In this document: one piece after another, positions 8,142 to 17,404 of the stretch
How the letters are laid out: each line of letters starts with the position of its first letter
Numbering within the stretch: the first letter of the stretch is position 1
Origin: Acidobacteriota bacterium
Lineage (GTDB): Bacteria > Acidobacteriota > Blastocatellia > Pyrinomonadales > Pyrinomonadaceae
Assembly (NCBI GenBank): GCA_003385635.1
Contig: QQUY01000002.1
Span: 587,385-651,384 of the forward strand
Reading direction: 5' to 3'
DNA length: 64,000 nucleotides
Program-made: the position numbers and the translations under genes
Notes under the pieces: generated by a model
Databases searched by the model: none
Seen by the model: the letters and a program-made list of their open reading frames with translations, nothing else
What the model was told of the DNA's origin: nothing

Positions 8142-10208
8142 ATGAATTCTACGCTCAATTCGCCGGCCTCACCGGCTGAGAGAACAGCTTTGAATGGAGA
8201 TGGACCTATGAATTCCGCATACATGAGACTGTGGGCTGTCGTCCTGTTTTCGGTGCTGGTATCGATACCTGTCTTCGCGATCGACGTTGACGAAGACGAT
8301 GAATTTGCCGATATCAACGCACCTGTCGTACGAATCAAATTCCTTGAAGGAAAGGCGGCGGTGAAGCGCGTCGACAGTGATGAATGGGAGTCTGCAGTGG
8401 TGAACCTTCCGCTTGTCGAAGGCGACGAGATCCGGACGGAACCCAGAGCGAGACTAGAGATCCAGTTTGACAACGACACGTATCTGAGACTCGATGAGAA
8501 TTCCAGCCTCAAGCTTGTCAGCATCGGCGAAGAAGGATCGGCGATCAGCATTTACCAGGGAATCCTGGTCCTCAGCGTAATGGAGTTTGATTCTTCAAAG
8601 GGATACCTCGAGATCGATGCGCCCCGCACGACGATCGCGGTGGCAGAGGCAGGCCGTTACCGCGTTGAGGCGGGGAACGACTATCAACGGACGGTTAAGG
8701 TCAAGGTCTGGGACGGCGGGATGGCGAGACTCTATTCGATGGACTCCGGATTCACACTGAGGAATGACCAGTCTGCCTCAATGGAACTTGAGGGTGTGTA
8801 CGCAGGGAGATGGAATGTAGAAACGACAAGCGGGTACAGGGACAGTTTTGACGACTGGTCAGCAAGCCGCGATGAACTGATCAATGAAAGCCTGAAGGAT
8901 GCTCATTACGGTAGTTACTATGATGACGATCTTTACGGCGCCGACGATCTCAGCTACTACGGTTCGTGGCAAAGGCATGACGATTACGGTTATATCTGGA
9001 GTCCCTACAACAGCGCAATATCTAGCTATTCAGACTGGTCGCCGTACAGATATGGCCATTGGAGATGGCTGCCATATTACGGATGGACCTGGATAAACGA
9101 CGAGCCTTGGGGATGGGCGACCTACCACTATGGGCGCTGGATCTTCCTTAACGGCCGTTGGTACTGGACACCCTATTCGAACGCCGGCTACTACGCGCGA
9201 AGAAGCTGGTGGAGGCCCGCGATCGTTTTTCTGGGTACGATCGGAAACAGGATCTGCTGGTATCCACTTCCATACAGCTACGGCTACTACGATTACAACC
9301 GTCGTTACCGAAGATACTGGCGCAATTACTACAGAGATCGCAGAGACAGACGGAACCGGGACCGGCCTTCGGCAAATCCGACGACCCCGAATCCGGCAAA
9401 TATCGCGAGAGGAAATAGAAATCAGCTTCCGCCACTCGGACGAATTCCTTCTGGAGCCGTGATCTCGTCTTCCAAGACGGATTTCGGTACAGGACGAGGC
9501 AGGAACAGGCCGGCTCCAGTAAATGTTTCGAAAGAGATCCTGAACATCAAGCCTGTGATCGCCAACTCTCCGCCGCTTGTCCCAAGCCGAACAGAGATAA
9601 TGGGCAAGAAGAGCCCGGATATTTGGGACAAGAAGCAGGAAACTCCTGTAAGCAACGGCAAGGTCAGGATCGGAGCAGCCGATCGTACGGCTGGAATCCC
9701 GCTCGACGATACACTCAAGCAAAAGAGGATGTTCGGGAACCGACCTCCTCTGACCAACACTCCGCGTGTTGTTCCGCAAGGTAATGGAAATGACTCCAGA
9801 CCACGGACGGGTGTATTCGACAGAACGAACCGGGACAGCGCGGATGACAAGAGTTCTGGAACGAATCGAAGGACGACAAGTCCGCCTGTGAACCGCAGGC
9901 CGACTCCGAATGTTGAGAGGAAAACGGCTCCGGCGCCGGCAAACAACCCTCCCGTGAGGCGCTCGCCTCCGACCAAAACTCAGCCGGAAACGAACAGACG
10001 TCCTTCACCGCCTGTCAGACAACCGCAGAGACGTACCGAAACAAGACGTCCAAGTCCTCCGGTCAGGAACTCCCAACCGCGGAGGAGCGAGCCCAAGTCG
10101 TCTCCGCCACCGGCGCGAAAGTCTTCGCCTCCTGCTAAGAAATCTCCGCCTCCGAGCAGAAGCAAGACACCCACGAAACCACCGGTTTCAAAGAAGGGAG
10201 ACAACTGA
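8142..10208 (+). CDS. FecR-like domain protein with W/Y-rich (DUF6600-like) region and long Pro/Arg-rich tail
   Basis: FecR-like block KAAVKRVDSDEWESAVVNLPLVEGDEIRTEPRARLEIQFDNDTYLRLDENSSL, a W/Y-rich block WSPYRYGHWRWLPYYGWTWINDEPWGWATYHYGRW, and a low-complexity PPxR tail. The true start may be the internal Met before the signal-like MRLWAVVLFSVLV. Confidence 0.7.
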   Translation: MNSTLNSPASPAERTALNGDGPMNSAYMRLWAVVLFSVLVSIPVFAIDVDEDDEFADINAPVVRIKFLEGKAAVKRVDSDEWESAVVNLPLVEGDEIRTEPRARLEIQFDNDTYLRLDENSSLKLVSIGEEGSAISIYQGILVLSVMEFDSSKGYLEIDAPRTTIAVAEAGRYRVEAGNDYQRTVKVKVWDGGMARLYSMDSGFTLRNDQSASMELEGVYAGRWNVETTSGYRDSFDDWSASRDELINESLKDAHYGSYYDDDLYGADDLSYYGSWQRHDDYGYIWSPYNSAISSYSDWSPYRYGHWRWLPYYGWTWINDEPWGWATYHYGRWIFLNGRWYWTPYSNAGYYARRSWWRPAIVFLGTIGNRICWYPLPYSYGYYDYNRRYRRYWRNYYRDRRDRRNRDRPSANPTTPNPANIARGNRNQLPPLGRIPSGAVISSSKTDFGTGRGRNRPAPVNVSKEILNIKPVIANSPPLVPSRTEIMGKKSPDIWDKKQETPVSNGKVRIGAADRTAGIPLDDTLKQKRMFGNRPPLTNTPRVVPQGNGNDSRPRTGVFDRTNRDSADDKSSGTNRRTTSPPVNRRPTPNVERKTAPAPANNPPVRRSPPTKTQPETNRRPSPPVRQPQRRTETRRPSPPVRNSQPRRSEPKSSPPPARKSSPPAKKSPPPSRSKTPTKPPVSKKGDN

Positions 10209-10214
10209 CAGAAA

Positions 10215-10242
10215 AAGGCAGGCCCGAATCGGAGCCTGCCTT
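10215..10242. terminator. Hairpin between convergent genes (AAGGCAGGC...GCCTGCCTT)
   Basis: 9-bp outer stem plus an inner ccg/cgg stem, flanked by an A-run on the left and a T-run on the right, so it could terminate both strands. Confidence 0.5.
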
Positions 10243-10263
10243 ACTTTTGCATTACAGAGCGTT

Positions 10264-11664
10264 CTAGTTTCCTGCGTCAGTCCCGGAAGATCCGAGAAAT
10301 ACTTCCTGGTCGATAATCGCCGGATCACCGATGACAATGAAATGCAGGTTCTTGAAGTACTTGCGGGCCACAGTCTGAACCTGCGCCGGAGTCACGGCTT
10401 TAACTTTTTCCAAGAACCCGAACGCGTTCCGCCATCCGCCTCCGATCAATTCGTACTTCGCCATCTCCCGTGCCTGAGCACCGTTCGTTTCCTGATCAAT
10501 GTAGTGCAAGGTCAGAAAGTGCCCTGAGATCGAGGACAGCAGCCGCGGATTCTCTGCTCGTGTCTTAAGGTTTTCCATCTCTCCAAGCATTACGCTCACG
10601 GCTTCATTCGGATCTACCGTCGTTACATATATGAAACCTGTGTTTGCCGCGTTCGAGTTCAGTTCCGCGTTCGGTGCATACGAAAGCTGCCTCTCGACTC
10701 GTACCTCCTGAAATACGCGTGCCTGCAAAAGAGCGATCGCGATCTTCATCGGGTAATAATCCGCATGTCCCAACCCGGGAGCATTGAAAACACCCTGTAC
10801 ATAGTTCGTCGGAAGCTGGCGCCTTGTAACATCGAGTGCGGGCTTTGTTATTGAGATCTCCGGAACCTTTACCGGTTCGTACTTGCCTTCGGGGAGATTT
10901 CCGAGGCTTCGCGCAACCCAGCCTCTAAACTCTTCAGCGTTAACGTCTCCCACCACGACTAGAAGCAGACGCGAAGTCTGCATAACCTGGCCGTGAAATC
11001 CGCGCACGTCTTTCACCTCGAACCTCGGGATCGTCTGCAGCGTCCCTCGCACATCCACTGAGTAGGGATGTCCCTTGTAAACTATCCTCTCCTGCAGAAC
11101 CTCCAGAAATCCGTCATTGTCCGTTTCGGCTTCACGAAGGCCCGTCAGGATACGCTCTTTTACCCTCGCAAGGTCGGCAGGGTCGAACTTCGGATTCATC
11201 GCGATATCGGCAAAGATCCGCCAAGATTCCTGAAAATGCTCTTTTGTCGAGGCGAGCGAAAGCACACTGTAGTCGCTGTTGATGCCGGAACCGATCTCGG
11301 TCCCGGTGTTCGCGAGCCGCTTCCGCAGAACCTCACGCGGGAAGTTTGCGCTTCCCTCAACCGCGGTTTCAAGCATCAGGTTTTCGATACCGGCAGATTC
11401 TTCAGTTACATTCCTTGCTCCGCCCTTGATGAACAAACCGGCGGCAACGGTGGATGAGGAAGGCCGATTCTTGACGAGGACCTTAAGCCCGTTCACTTCG
11501 AACTCGGTAACCAAAGCAGCCTGCTCTGCAATGTTGCCGTCCTGCTGGGAAAGAACCGGCGGCGCCACGAAAAGAAACGCGAGAACCGCCAGCAATGCCT
11601 GAACCGTGCCCATTCTCTTAAATAAAAACATCGTATTCATTGTCCCTGTGCCCTTCCAGATCAT
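10264..11664 (-). CDS. M16 (pitrilysin) family peptidase-like subunit, apparently non-catalytic
   Basis: M16 fold-like sequence with a signal peptide. The position of HxxEH reads GIENLMLE (no His pair). ATGA overlap with the upstream M16 gene. An alternative start lies at 11640 (MNTMF). Confidence 0.8.
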   Translation of the reverse strand: MIWKGTGTMNTMFLFKRMGTVQALLAVLAFLFVAPPVLSQQDGNIAEQAALVTEFEVNGLKVLVKNRPSSSTVAAGLFIKGGARNVTEESAGIENLMLETAVEGSANFPREVLRKRLANTGTEIGSGINSDYSVLSLASTKEHFQESWRIFADIAMNPKFDPADLARVKERILTGLREAETDNDGFLEVLQERIVYKGHPYSVDVRGTLQTIPRFEVKDVRGFHGQVMQTSRLLLVVVGDVNAEEFRGWVARSLGNLPEGKYEPVKVPEISITKPALDVTRRQLPTNYVQGVFNAPGLGHADYYPMKIAIALLQARVFQEVRVERQLSYAPNAELNSNAANTGFIYVTTVDPNEAVSVMLGEMENLKTRAENPRLLSSISGHFLTLHYIDQETNGAQAREMAKYELIGGGWRNAFGFLEKVKAVTPAQVQTVARKYFKNLHFIVIGDPAIIDQEVFLGSSGTDAGN

Positions 11665-13169
11665 TTGCCAACGAGATCAGATTCGGTCAGTTTCGAAGCG
11701 GTCCTTGCCGTCGGCGAAAGCAGCGCAACTCCGACGTGCGGTTTGCCGATGATGTACCTTTTCACGTAGTCCGTGGTTTCCTTCCTTGTGACAGCTCGAA
11801 GATTCTTGTGGTATCCGCGGAAGTAATCGATCCCGGTCGATGACCACCAGAAGGCAAGCGTGTGAGCATACTCGGTGAGTTTCTCCCTTTCAAAAAGATC
11901 GCGTGCCTCAAGCAGGTTCTTGGCGTTCTCTAGCTCTTCGTCCGTGAAATAATCGGGTTTGTCGAAATCGGCGATCTCGGCATAGACCGCATCAAGCGCC
12001 GCTTTCGCCTTATCCGGCGTAGTCACCAAGGTGATCGCGATCGGACCGACGTTCCTTTGTGTGTAGTAGCCGATGTCGGTACCGACGGTCAGCCCGGAAT
12101 CGACCATTTTTCGTTGAAAGCGCGAATTCGGCTGCGAAAGGATATAGGAGAACACATCCGCAGCATAGGTCCCGATATCATCTTCGCCGATCGAAGGTCC
12201 ATGCCACCCGATCTGGATCAGAACGTTTTGGACCGGCTGCTCGACAAAGTAGCCCGCGCTTTCCTTCAAAGGCGGATGTTCGACAAGCGGAAATTCTTCA
12301 AAGGGGTCCTTTTCGCGCTTCTCCCAAGTGCCGAACACTTCCTCAGACCACTCAAAGACCCTTTCGGCGTCGACATCGCCGGTAACGACGAGCGCGGCGT
12401 TGTTCGGAACGTAATACCTTGACTGGATCAGCTTCATCTTCTCGACCGTTGCCGATCTGACCGTCTGCCGTGTCCCGAGCGGCTTCTTACGAGTTGGATA
12501 CTTGTAGAAAAGTTTCTCTTTGAGAGTCTTGTCCAGATAGTAGAAGGGGTTCGATTCGTTCCGGTCTATCTCGCCGATTACCACCTGGATCTCTTCATTC
12601 AGTTCTTCTTCGATAAACGTCGGATACCTGATGGCGTCGTTGATGAACCGCATCGCGGATCCGAGATTGTCGCTGGTCGTCACAAAATAGTAGTTGACGA
12701 CCTCTTCACGCGTTGTCGCGTTCTTGATGTTTAGCTGATCCTGATTGTTCAGATAGATAACGCTGCCGATCCTCTCCCGCAGCTTGATCGTTTCAACGCA
12801 ATTGGCTTCTCTGAAGTAGGCCGTCCCGCCGGTCTGAAGCGCCAGTTCGCAGTTGTACAAGAGCTGGCCCTGGTGAGGCTTGAAGAACATGTGTTCATAA
12901 AGATGCGAAAGCCCGTTGAACTCCAAAGGTTCAGTAAAGGAGCCGTTGCGGACTGCCATCTCGACCGTCACTATCGGGACCGAAGCGTCCGGGAGCACGA
13001 TGACCTCCAGACCGTTTGCAAGCGTCTTGTTGACGAATGGTATTTCGATCGCCTGTTTGGCGGCCGTAGGCGGGTTCGAGTCCGAGTTCCTGCCGGAAGG
13101 CTGCTGGGCAAACTGGGCGGAAGCGAACAGAACGATCGCGAGGATCGGAAAAGCGGCGAATTTTCTCAC
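11661..13169 (-). CDS. M16 (pitrilysin) family zinc peptidase, catalytic subunit
   Basis: Inverted zinc motif HxxEH present (GLSHLYEHMFFK). Signal peptide. Translationally coupled to the downstream M16 paralog. Confidence 0.85.
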   Translation of the reverse strand: MRKFAAFPILAIVLFASAQFAQQPSGRNSDSNPPTAAKQAIEIPFVNKTLANGLEVIVLPDASVPIVTVEMAVRNGSFTEPLEFNGLSHLYEHMFFKPHQGQLLYNCELALQTGGTAYFREANCVETIKLRERIGSVIYLNNQDQLNIKNATTREEVVNYYFVTTSDNLGSAMRFINDAIRYPTFIEEELNEEIQVVIGEIDRNESNPFYYLDKTLKEKLFYKYPTRKKPLGTRQTVRSATVEKMKLIQSRYYVPNNAALVVTGDVDAERVFEWSEEVFGTWEKREKDPFEEFPLVEHPPLKESAGYFVEQPVQNVLIQIGWHGPSIGEDDIGTYAADVFSYILSQPNSRFQRKMVDSGLTVGTDIGYYTQRNVGPIAITLVTTPDKAKAALDAVYAEIADFDKPDYFTDEELENAKNLLEARDLFEREKLTEYAHTLAFWWSSTGIDYFRGYHKNLRAVTRKETTDYVKRYIIGKPHVGVALLSPTARTASKLTESDLVGK

Positions 13170-13263
13170 GAAAGGTACTCCCGGGGTGAATGATGGATTT
13201 CGGTTATTCCGCAGTTCCTGCGAAAATGGACCTTAAAGAACATTAACATACGGAGTTAATTCA

Positions 13264-13482
13264 ATGGAACGAGACAATCTGATGCACGGAGCGAGAACGG
13301 CGTTGAACCGCGACCCGGAGATCCGGGAGTGGTGTGAGAATTTTCTGAGAGAGAAAGCGAGGGCTGAGATGCCGGAGAAGAATGACGAGGAGTTTGAACA
13401 CTACTGGAAGTACCACAAACCTGAGATCGTTCACGCCGGCGCCGCGGAAGCTGTCCTGGCCTACAAGAACCGGGACAAATAG
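13264..13482 (+). CDS. Hypothetical small protein
   Basis: 72-aa ORF with GGAG a few nt upstream of the ATG. Charged, coding-like composition. No family recognised. Confidence 0.35.
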   Translation: MERDNLMHGARTALNRDPEIREWCENFLREKARAEMPEKNDEEFEHYWKYHKPEIVHAGAAEAVLAYKNRDK

Positions 13483-13488
13483 ATCGCG

Positions 13489-16400
13489 TCATCTCACGAA
13501 GATCCCCTGGACGGGAGTCGAACCCGGATTCCCGAAACTGAAGTTGTCGACCAACCCGTCCGAACTTCTGATAAAGAACCAGGCCGAGTTCGATGGCCTG
13601 TAGACACCTATATCTCGCTTGCTGTCTCCGTCGATATCGGACTGAAGCGGCTGGTCGGTCGCTATCCCGAACTGAGCGGCATAGAATCCGGCTTGCGATC
13701 CGAGCACGTACCAGTTCGCCTCCGAAGGCCTGAACACGACACGGTCAGATCTTCCGTCACCGTCAAAGTCTCCCGCAACAGGTCTGTCTCCCGAAACTCC
13801 AAACTGGACCGCCGAGAATCCTTCGCTTGAACCGAACACGTACCAGACACCGTTCGAAGGCCGAAAGACCGCCACGTCATCAGTTCCATCTCCGTCGTAA
13901 TCCCCCGGGACCGGAAGGTCCCCGTTCACACCGAACTGAAGTCCTGAGAATCCTCCGTCCGAACTTCTGAGGAAGTACCAGATTCCGTCCGCCGGTCGGT
14001 AGACCACAATATCCGCTTTGCCGTCTCCGTCGAGATCTGAGGGTGCGGCGAGATCAGTTGGTATCCCGAACTCGACCGCGCGAAAGGTCGCGTCCACGCT
14101 GTTGAAGATGAACCATATCCGGCTGGAAGGTCTGAAAACTGCCAAGTCCGTTATCCCGTCGCCGTCATAGTCAGCGTTGACGGCCCTGTCCCCCGAGCTT
14201 CCCCAGAAGTACGCGGCTTCAAGACCGTTCTTTGATTGCCGTATCCTGAAGTCTTCCGTGCCTGGATCGTCTGTAGCTTTGAAGACCGCCGGGTCCGTCC
14301 TTCCGTCGCCGTCAAAGTCAAAGGGTGCCGAGGACGGAACGGCATTAGAACACTCGCAGGTATATCCGTCCGAAACCGTTATGTCGTCCAGGTACTGGCC
14401 CTCGCGAAAAGTGCCGATGTCCGTCCCGACCCTCCAGCGAAATCTCACGGTGTTCCCCTGGGTCCCCGGAGGCAAAGAGACGATCGAATCAATGAACTCG
14501 GATTCTTGATTTACCCCGCTTCTGCCCGACCATCCGGGCCTTCCCGCGAGCGGATTCTGACAGCACGAATCGATCAGTCCGAGATCGTATCCGCCGCTTC
14601 GGAAATGTCCGCCGGCATCCTGGATATCCTGCCAATCGCCCGCTCCGATCTGGATCTCAAGAACCGAACCATCATACAAACGGTTTCTCAAAAATGTAGT
14701 TTCGAGCTCGTACCAGTTTCTGAACTGCAGTTCGGCCTCAGCGGTTCCGATATCTATCCACGGAGTAACTAGTTCGTTGAGACCAATCTGCCTCGGATCG
14801 GGTGAGAACACGGCCTTGGTTCCCGAGTCGGCGCGCTCTTCCGAAACCGTCCACTCAGACTGGGCGCCTTCTGCAGAGCTGGACCATCCTGCAGGTAGAG
14901 ACTGCAAGGGCTCATCATCAAAATCCTCAAAGAACACGACGTTTCGTTTGCCCGCCCTAAGGACGATCGTAACGGTTCCAAGGGATTGGCCCTCATCGGA
15001 AAGGTCGAGTTTCAGAGACAGGCGCTCGCCGCATTTCAATCCTGATGATGCTGTGAAAGCAAATTCGCGCTCAGCCGTGCCGCCTCCGGACGAAAGAGCT
15101 CCATAGTTCTGGGGTGGCGAAGGATCCTCGACACCTCCTGAGGCGAGGAGCGTGGCGGTAAGAGCGACCGTGTCCCTTTCGCCCGTGTTTCGAAGCGGGA
15201 TCAAGACTGTTACCTGCTCACCGGGCTCGATGGCACCATCTGTGGAACAGGCTTCGGACACGATCCTTATTGGAAGATCCTCAAGCACCGCTGTCGGTAT
15301 AAGTGCGAAATCCCTTCTTAGGCTCCCGCCTGAAGAAAGGTCGATATCTGCCTCTGCGGGAAGATAACCCCTCGCGACGATCGTCGCCGAGTAAGACCCG
15401 GTAGGAACCCGGTGCGGTCCGTAATCGCCGTTTGCGTCACTAGACCTCTGGAATCCCCGTTCAAGTCTGATGATGGCGCCCTCGACGGGTGCATTCGAGT
15501 CGGCGTTTGTTATTGTCCCCAGCAACTCACCGTATGTCTGATCGATGCATTCAGGAAAGCGGAATGATCCGATCCTTGTCAGCCAGCCGAAAGGGCTTTC
15601 CTGCTGACTCTCGAGGCTGTAGTACTGGTTGGTGATCCAGAACGTGCAACCATCTGCCGGGTCAAGGCCAAGTCCGGAATAGTCTCCCCATCGAAAGCCA
15701 AAAGCGGTCTGAACTCCATCGCCTTCGACCAGTGCCCCTTCACCAAGATACGCTCCTTTGGGAGATCCGTTCAGCTTGCCCGTGTAGATTATCGCTGGAG
15801 GTTTCTCATCGCTTGATGTCGAATATCCAACAGCAAGATTTCCCGATCGGTCCAAAGCCGCAGCGGCCATAAACCGATTCTCATCCGAATTGCCTATGGT
15901 CGTCGATTCCCGTACCGCAAAACTCCCGCCCACCGGTCTTTCAAGCCTGTGAACCCTGACTCCTCCAACGTATGCGGCTCCGGGAGACGACACCCTGACA
16001 GTCTGATTCACGACTATCGACTCCGTTCCCGACACGTTCGCGTATGCCGCCCGGAACATAAGCCTGTCACTTTGCGCATCGAGCCCTTCTCCCGGTTCCG
16101 GCTGAGGAACATCATCACGTCCGTTGTTGCTTGTCGGGTCGAACGGAGGAACGGCGAACGGAGAGCCTGCTGCTTCCGCGAAGATCGAATTTATGGGGTC
16201 TTCAAAATCGGGAAGGAACTCGAATAATCGCACAGCGTCCGCGGCGTCTCCGTATTCCGTAGCTGTGTACCCAAGAAATCTGCCTGGTGAATCCGGAGGG
16301 GGCGGAACCAAGCCATCAAGATCAACCGGGAGAATTCCGCCGATCCGGATCGTCGTCGGCGAAGCAAGGTCGAAATAGATGTACCCGGCCGACGGATCGC

Positions 16401-17274
16401 CTGAAAGCATCTTTTCCCTGTCGAATGCGAACGCTCCCGATCCGGCGTAATCACTTCCGTAGAACTCGTCTGTCGACATGTAGTATGCGTCCGGCCATAC
16501 CCCTAGTTTTGGGTAGTCGTTCAGCTTTACATTCGGCATCACGAACTCGTAGACGAAATACGAGCCTGTCGGGTCTCCAGTCTTCGAGACCGCTATCATT
16601 TGCCGGAATGGTGGGAATGCTTTGCAGAACTGACTGAAGATCCAGCGATCGGCGAGCGTATCGTACAGGACGATCGGATCGCCGTCGTTTCGGGTCGAGC
16701 AATTCGTTCCGAGAGCCGTAAAAAGGCTGCTCAACTTGAATGGAGGAGTGAGAGGCGACCCGGATTTGTCGTAGACCCTGAACAGCGCATTCGCCGCTTG
16801 AACGTAGTGGTCGGGCCCCACGTCACCTATCGTGTCGGGAGGAAATATCCTGAAACCGTATGCGGCGAAATTGTCGTTGGAACTGAGGCCGTCGAAGGAA
16901 GTTAGCGGAGCGGGGACTGAAAAATCTGAAAAGCTGCTGACAGGGTTCTCGGCGTCCGGCGCGACACCCTCAACCTGCTTACGGAACGGGATCTTGTTGT
17001 CGACCGTACGCGCTTGCTGCTCGGCACGCCCCATCTTTCCGCTTTTCCCGTTTGATACCGGAACCGCCGGTGCCAGGTCGCTTACCCGTACCGATTCACC
17101 TGAAGCCGCTGCGGGCACAAAGACCGGTCTTAGTTCGCGAAATACACGCGAGCCGATCTGTTGTGCCGACCCTTTTCTCGTCATTTCAGTCCCGATCGTG
17201 AAGAGAACTGCCGTAACCGAGAAGAGGACAGCTATCACTGCATAGCCTCTCCGCATATTTCCGAATGATACCAA
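13489..17274 (-). CDS. Large secreted protein with a CarboxypepD_reg-like domain and six C-terminal DxDGDG (FG-GAP/VCBS-like) repeats
   Basis: 1261 aa with an N-terminal signal/TM. Mid-region GTITNADSNAPVEGAIIRLE...YSATIVARGY is CarboxypepD_reg-like. The C-terminus has 6 repeats of D(F/Y)DGDG.(T/A)D.AV(F/Y)RPS.G.W(Y/F). Confidence 0.8.
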   Translation of the reverse strand: MVSFGNMRRGYAVIAVLFSVTAVLFTIGTEMTRKGSAQQIGSRVFRELRPVFVPAAASGESVRVSDLAPAVPVSNGKSGKMGRAEQQARTVDNKIPFRKQVEGVAPDAENPVSSFSDFSVPAPLTSFDGLSSNDNFAAYGFRIFPPDTIGDVGPDHYVQAANALFRVYDKSGSPLTPPFKLSSLFTALGTNCSTRNDGDPIVLYDTLADRWIFSQFCKAFPPFRQMIAVSKTGDPTGSYFVYEFVMPNVKLNDYPKLGVWPDAYYMSTDEFYGSDYAGSGAFAFDREKMLSGDPSAGYIYFDLASPTTIRIGGILPVDLDGLVPPPPDSPGRFLGYTATEYGDAADAVRLFEFLPDFEDPINSIFAEAAGSPFAVPPFDPTSNNGRDDVPQPEPGEGLDAQSDRLMFRAAYANVSGTESIVVNQTVRVSSPGAAYVGGVRVHRLERPVGGSFAVRESTTIGNSDENRFMAAAALDRSGNLAVGYSTSSDEKPPAIIYTGKLNGSPKGAYLGEGALVEGDGVQTAFGFRWGDYSGLGLDPADGCTFWITNQYYSLESQQESPFGWLTRIGSFRFPECIDQTYGELLGTITNADSNAPVEGAIIRLERGFQRSSDANGDYGPHRVPTGSYSATIVARGYLPAEADIDLSSGGSLRRDFALIPTAVLEDLPIRIVSEACSTDGAIEPGEQVTVLIPLRNTGERDTVALTATLLASGGVEDPSPPQNYGALSSGGGTAEREFAFTASSGLKCGERLSLKLDLSDEGQSLGTVTIVLRAGKRNVVFFEDFDDEPLQSLPAGWSSSAEGAQSEWTVSEERADSGTKAVFSPDPRQIGLNELVTPWIDIGTAEAELQFRNWYELETTFLRNRLYDGSVLEIQIGAGDWQDIQDAGGHFRSGGYDLGLIDSCCQNPLAGRPGWSGRSGVNQESEFIDSIVSLPPGTQGNTVRFRWRVGTDIGTFREGQYLDDITVSDGYTCECSNAVPSSAPFDFDGDGRTDPAVFKATDDPGTEDFRIRQSKNGLEAAYFWGSSGDRAVNADYDGDGITDLAVFRPSSRIWFIFNSVDATFRAVEFGIPTDLAAPSDLDGDGKADIVVYRPADGIWYFLRSSDGGFSGLQFGVNGDLPVPGDYDGDGTDDVAVFRPSNGVWYVFGSSEGFSAVQFGVSGDRPVAGDFDGDGRSDRVVFRPSEANWYVLGSQAGFYAAQFGIATDQPLQSDIDGDSKRDIGVYRPSNSAWFFIRSSDGLVDNFSFGNPGSTPVQGIFVR

Positions 17275-17404
17275 ATCATCACGGCGTCCCTAATCTGTTG
17301 CAATTCTCCGGTTTTAGGATTAAATTCGCATCCAAATTCAGTTATTCCAACGTTTACTCCTCCGAATTTATCGATTCCCCCATTTGAGCCTGTGGAGAAA
17401 AAAG

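Noticed and set aside
9030-9976. Several 180-250-aa ORFs on the minus strand and alternative plus frames inside the FecR-like gene tail
   Set aside because: They lie in the Pro/Arg-rich low-complexity tail, where all frames stay open. Only the 8142-10208 frame has recognisable domains and a signal peptide.
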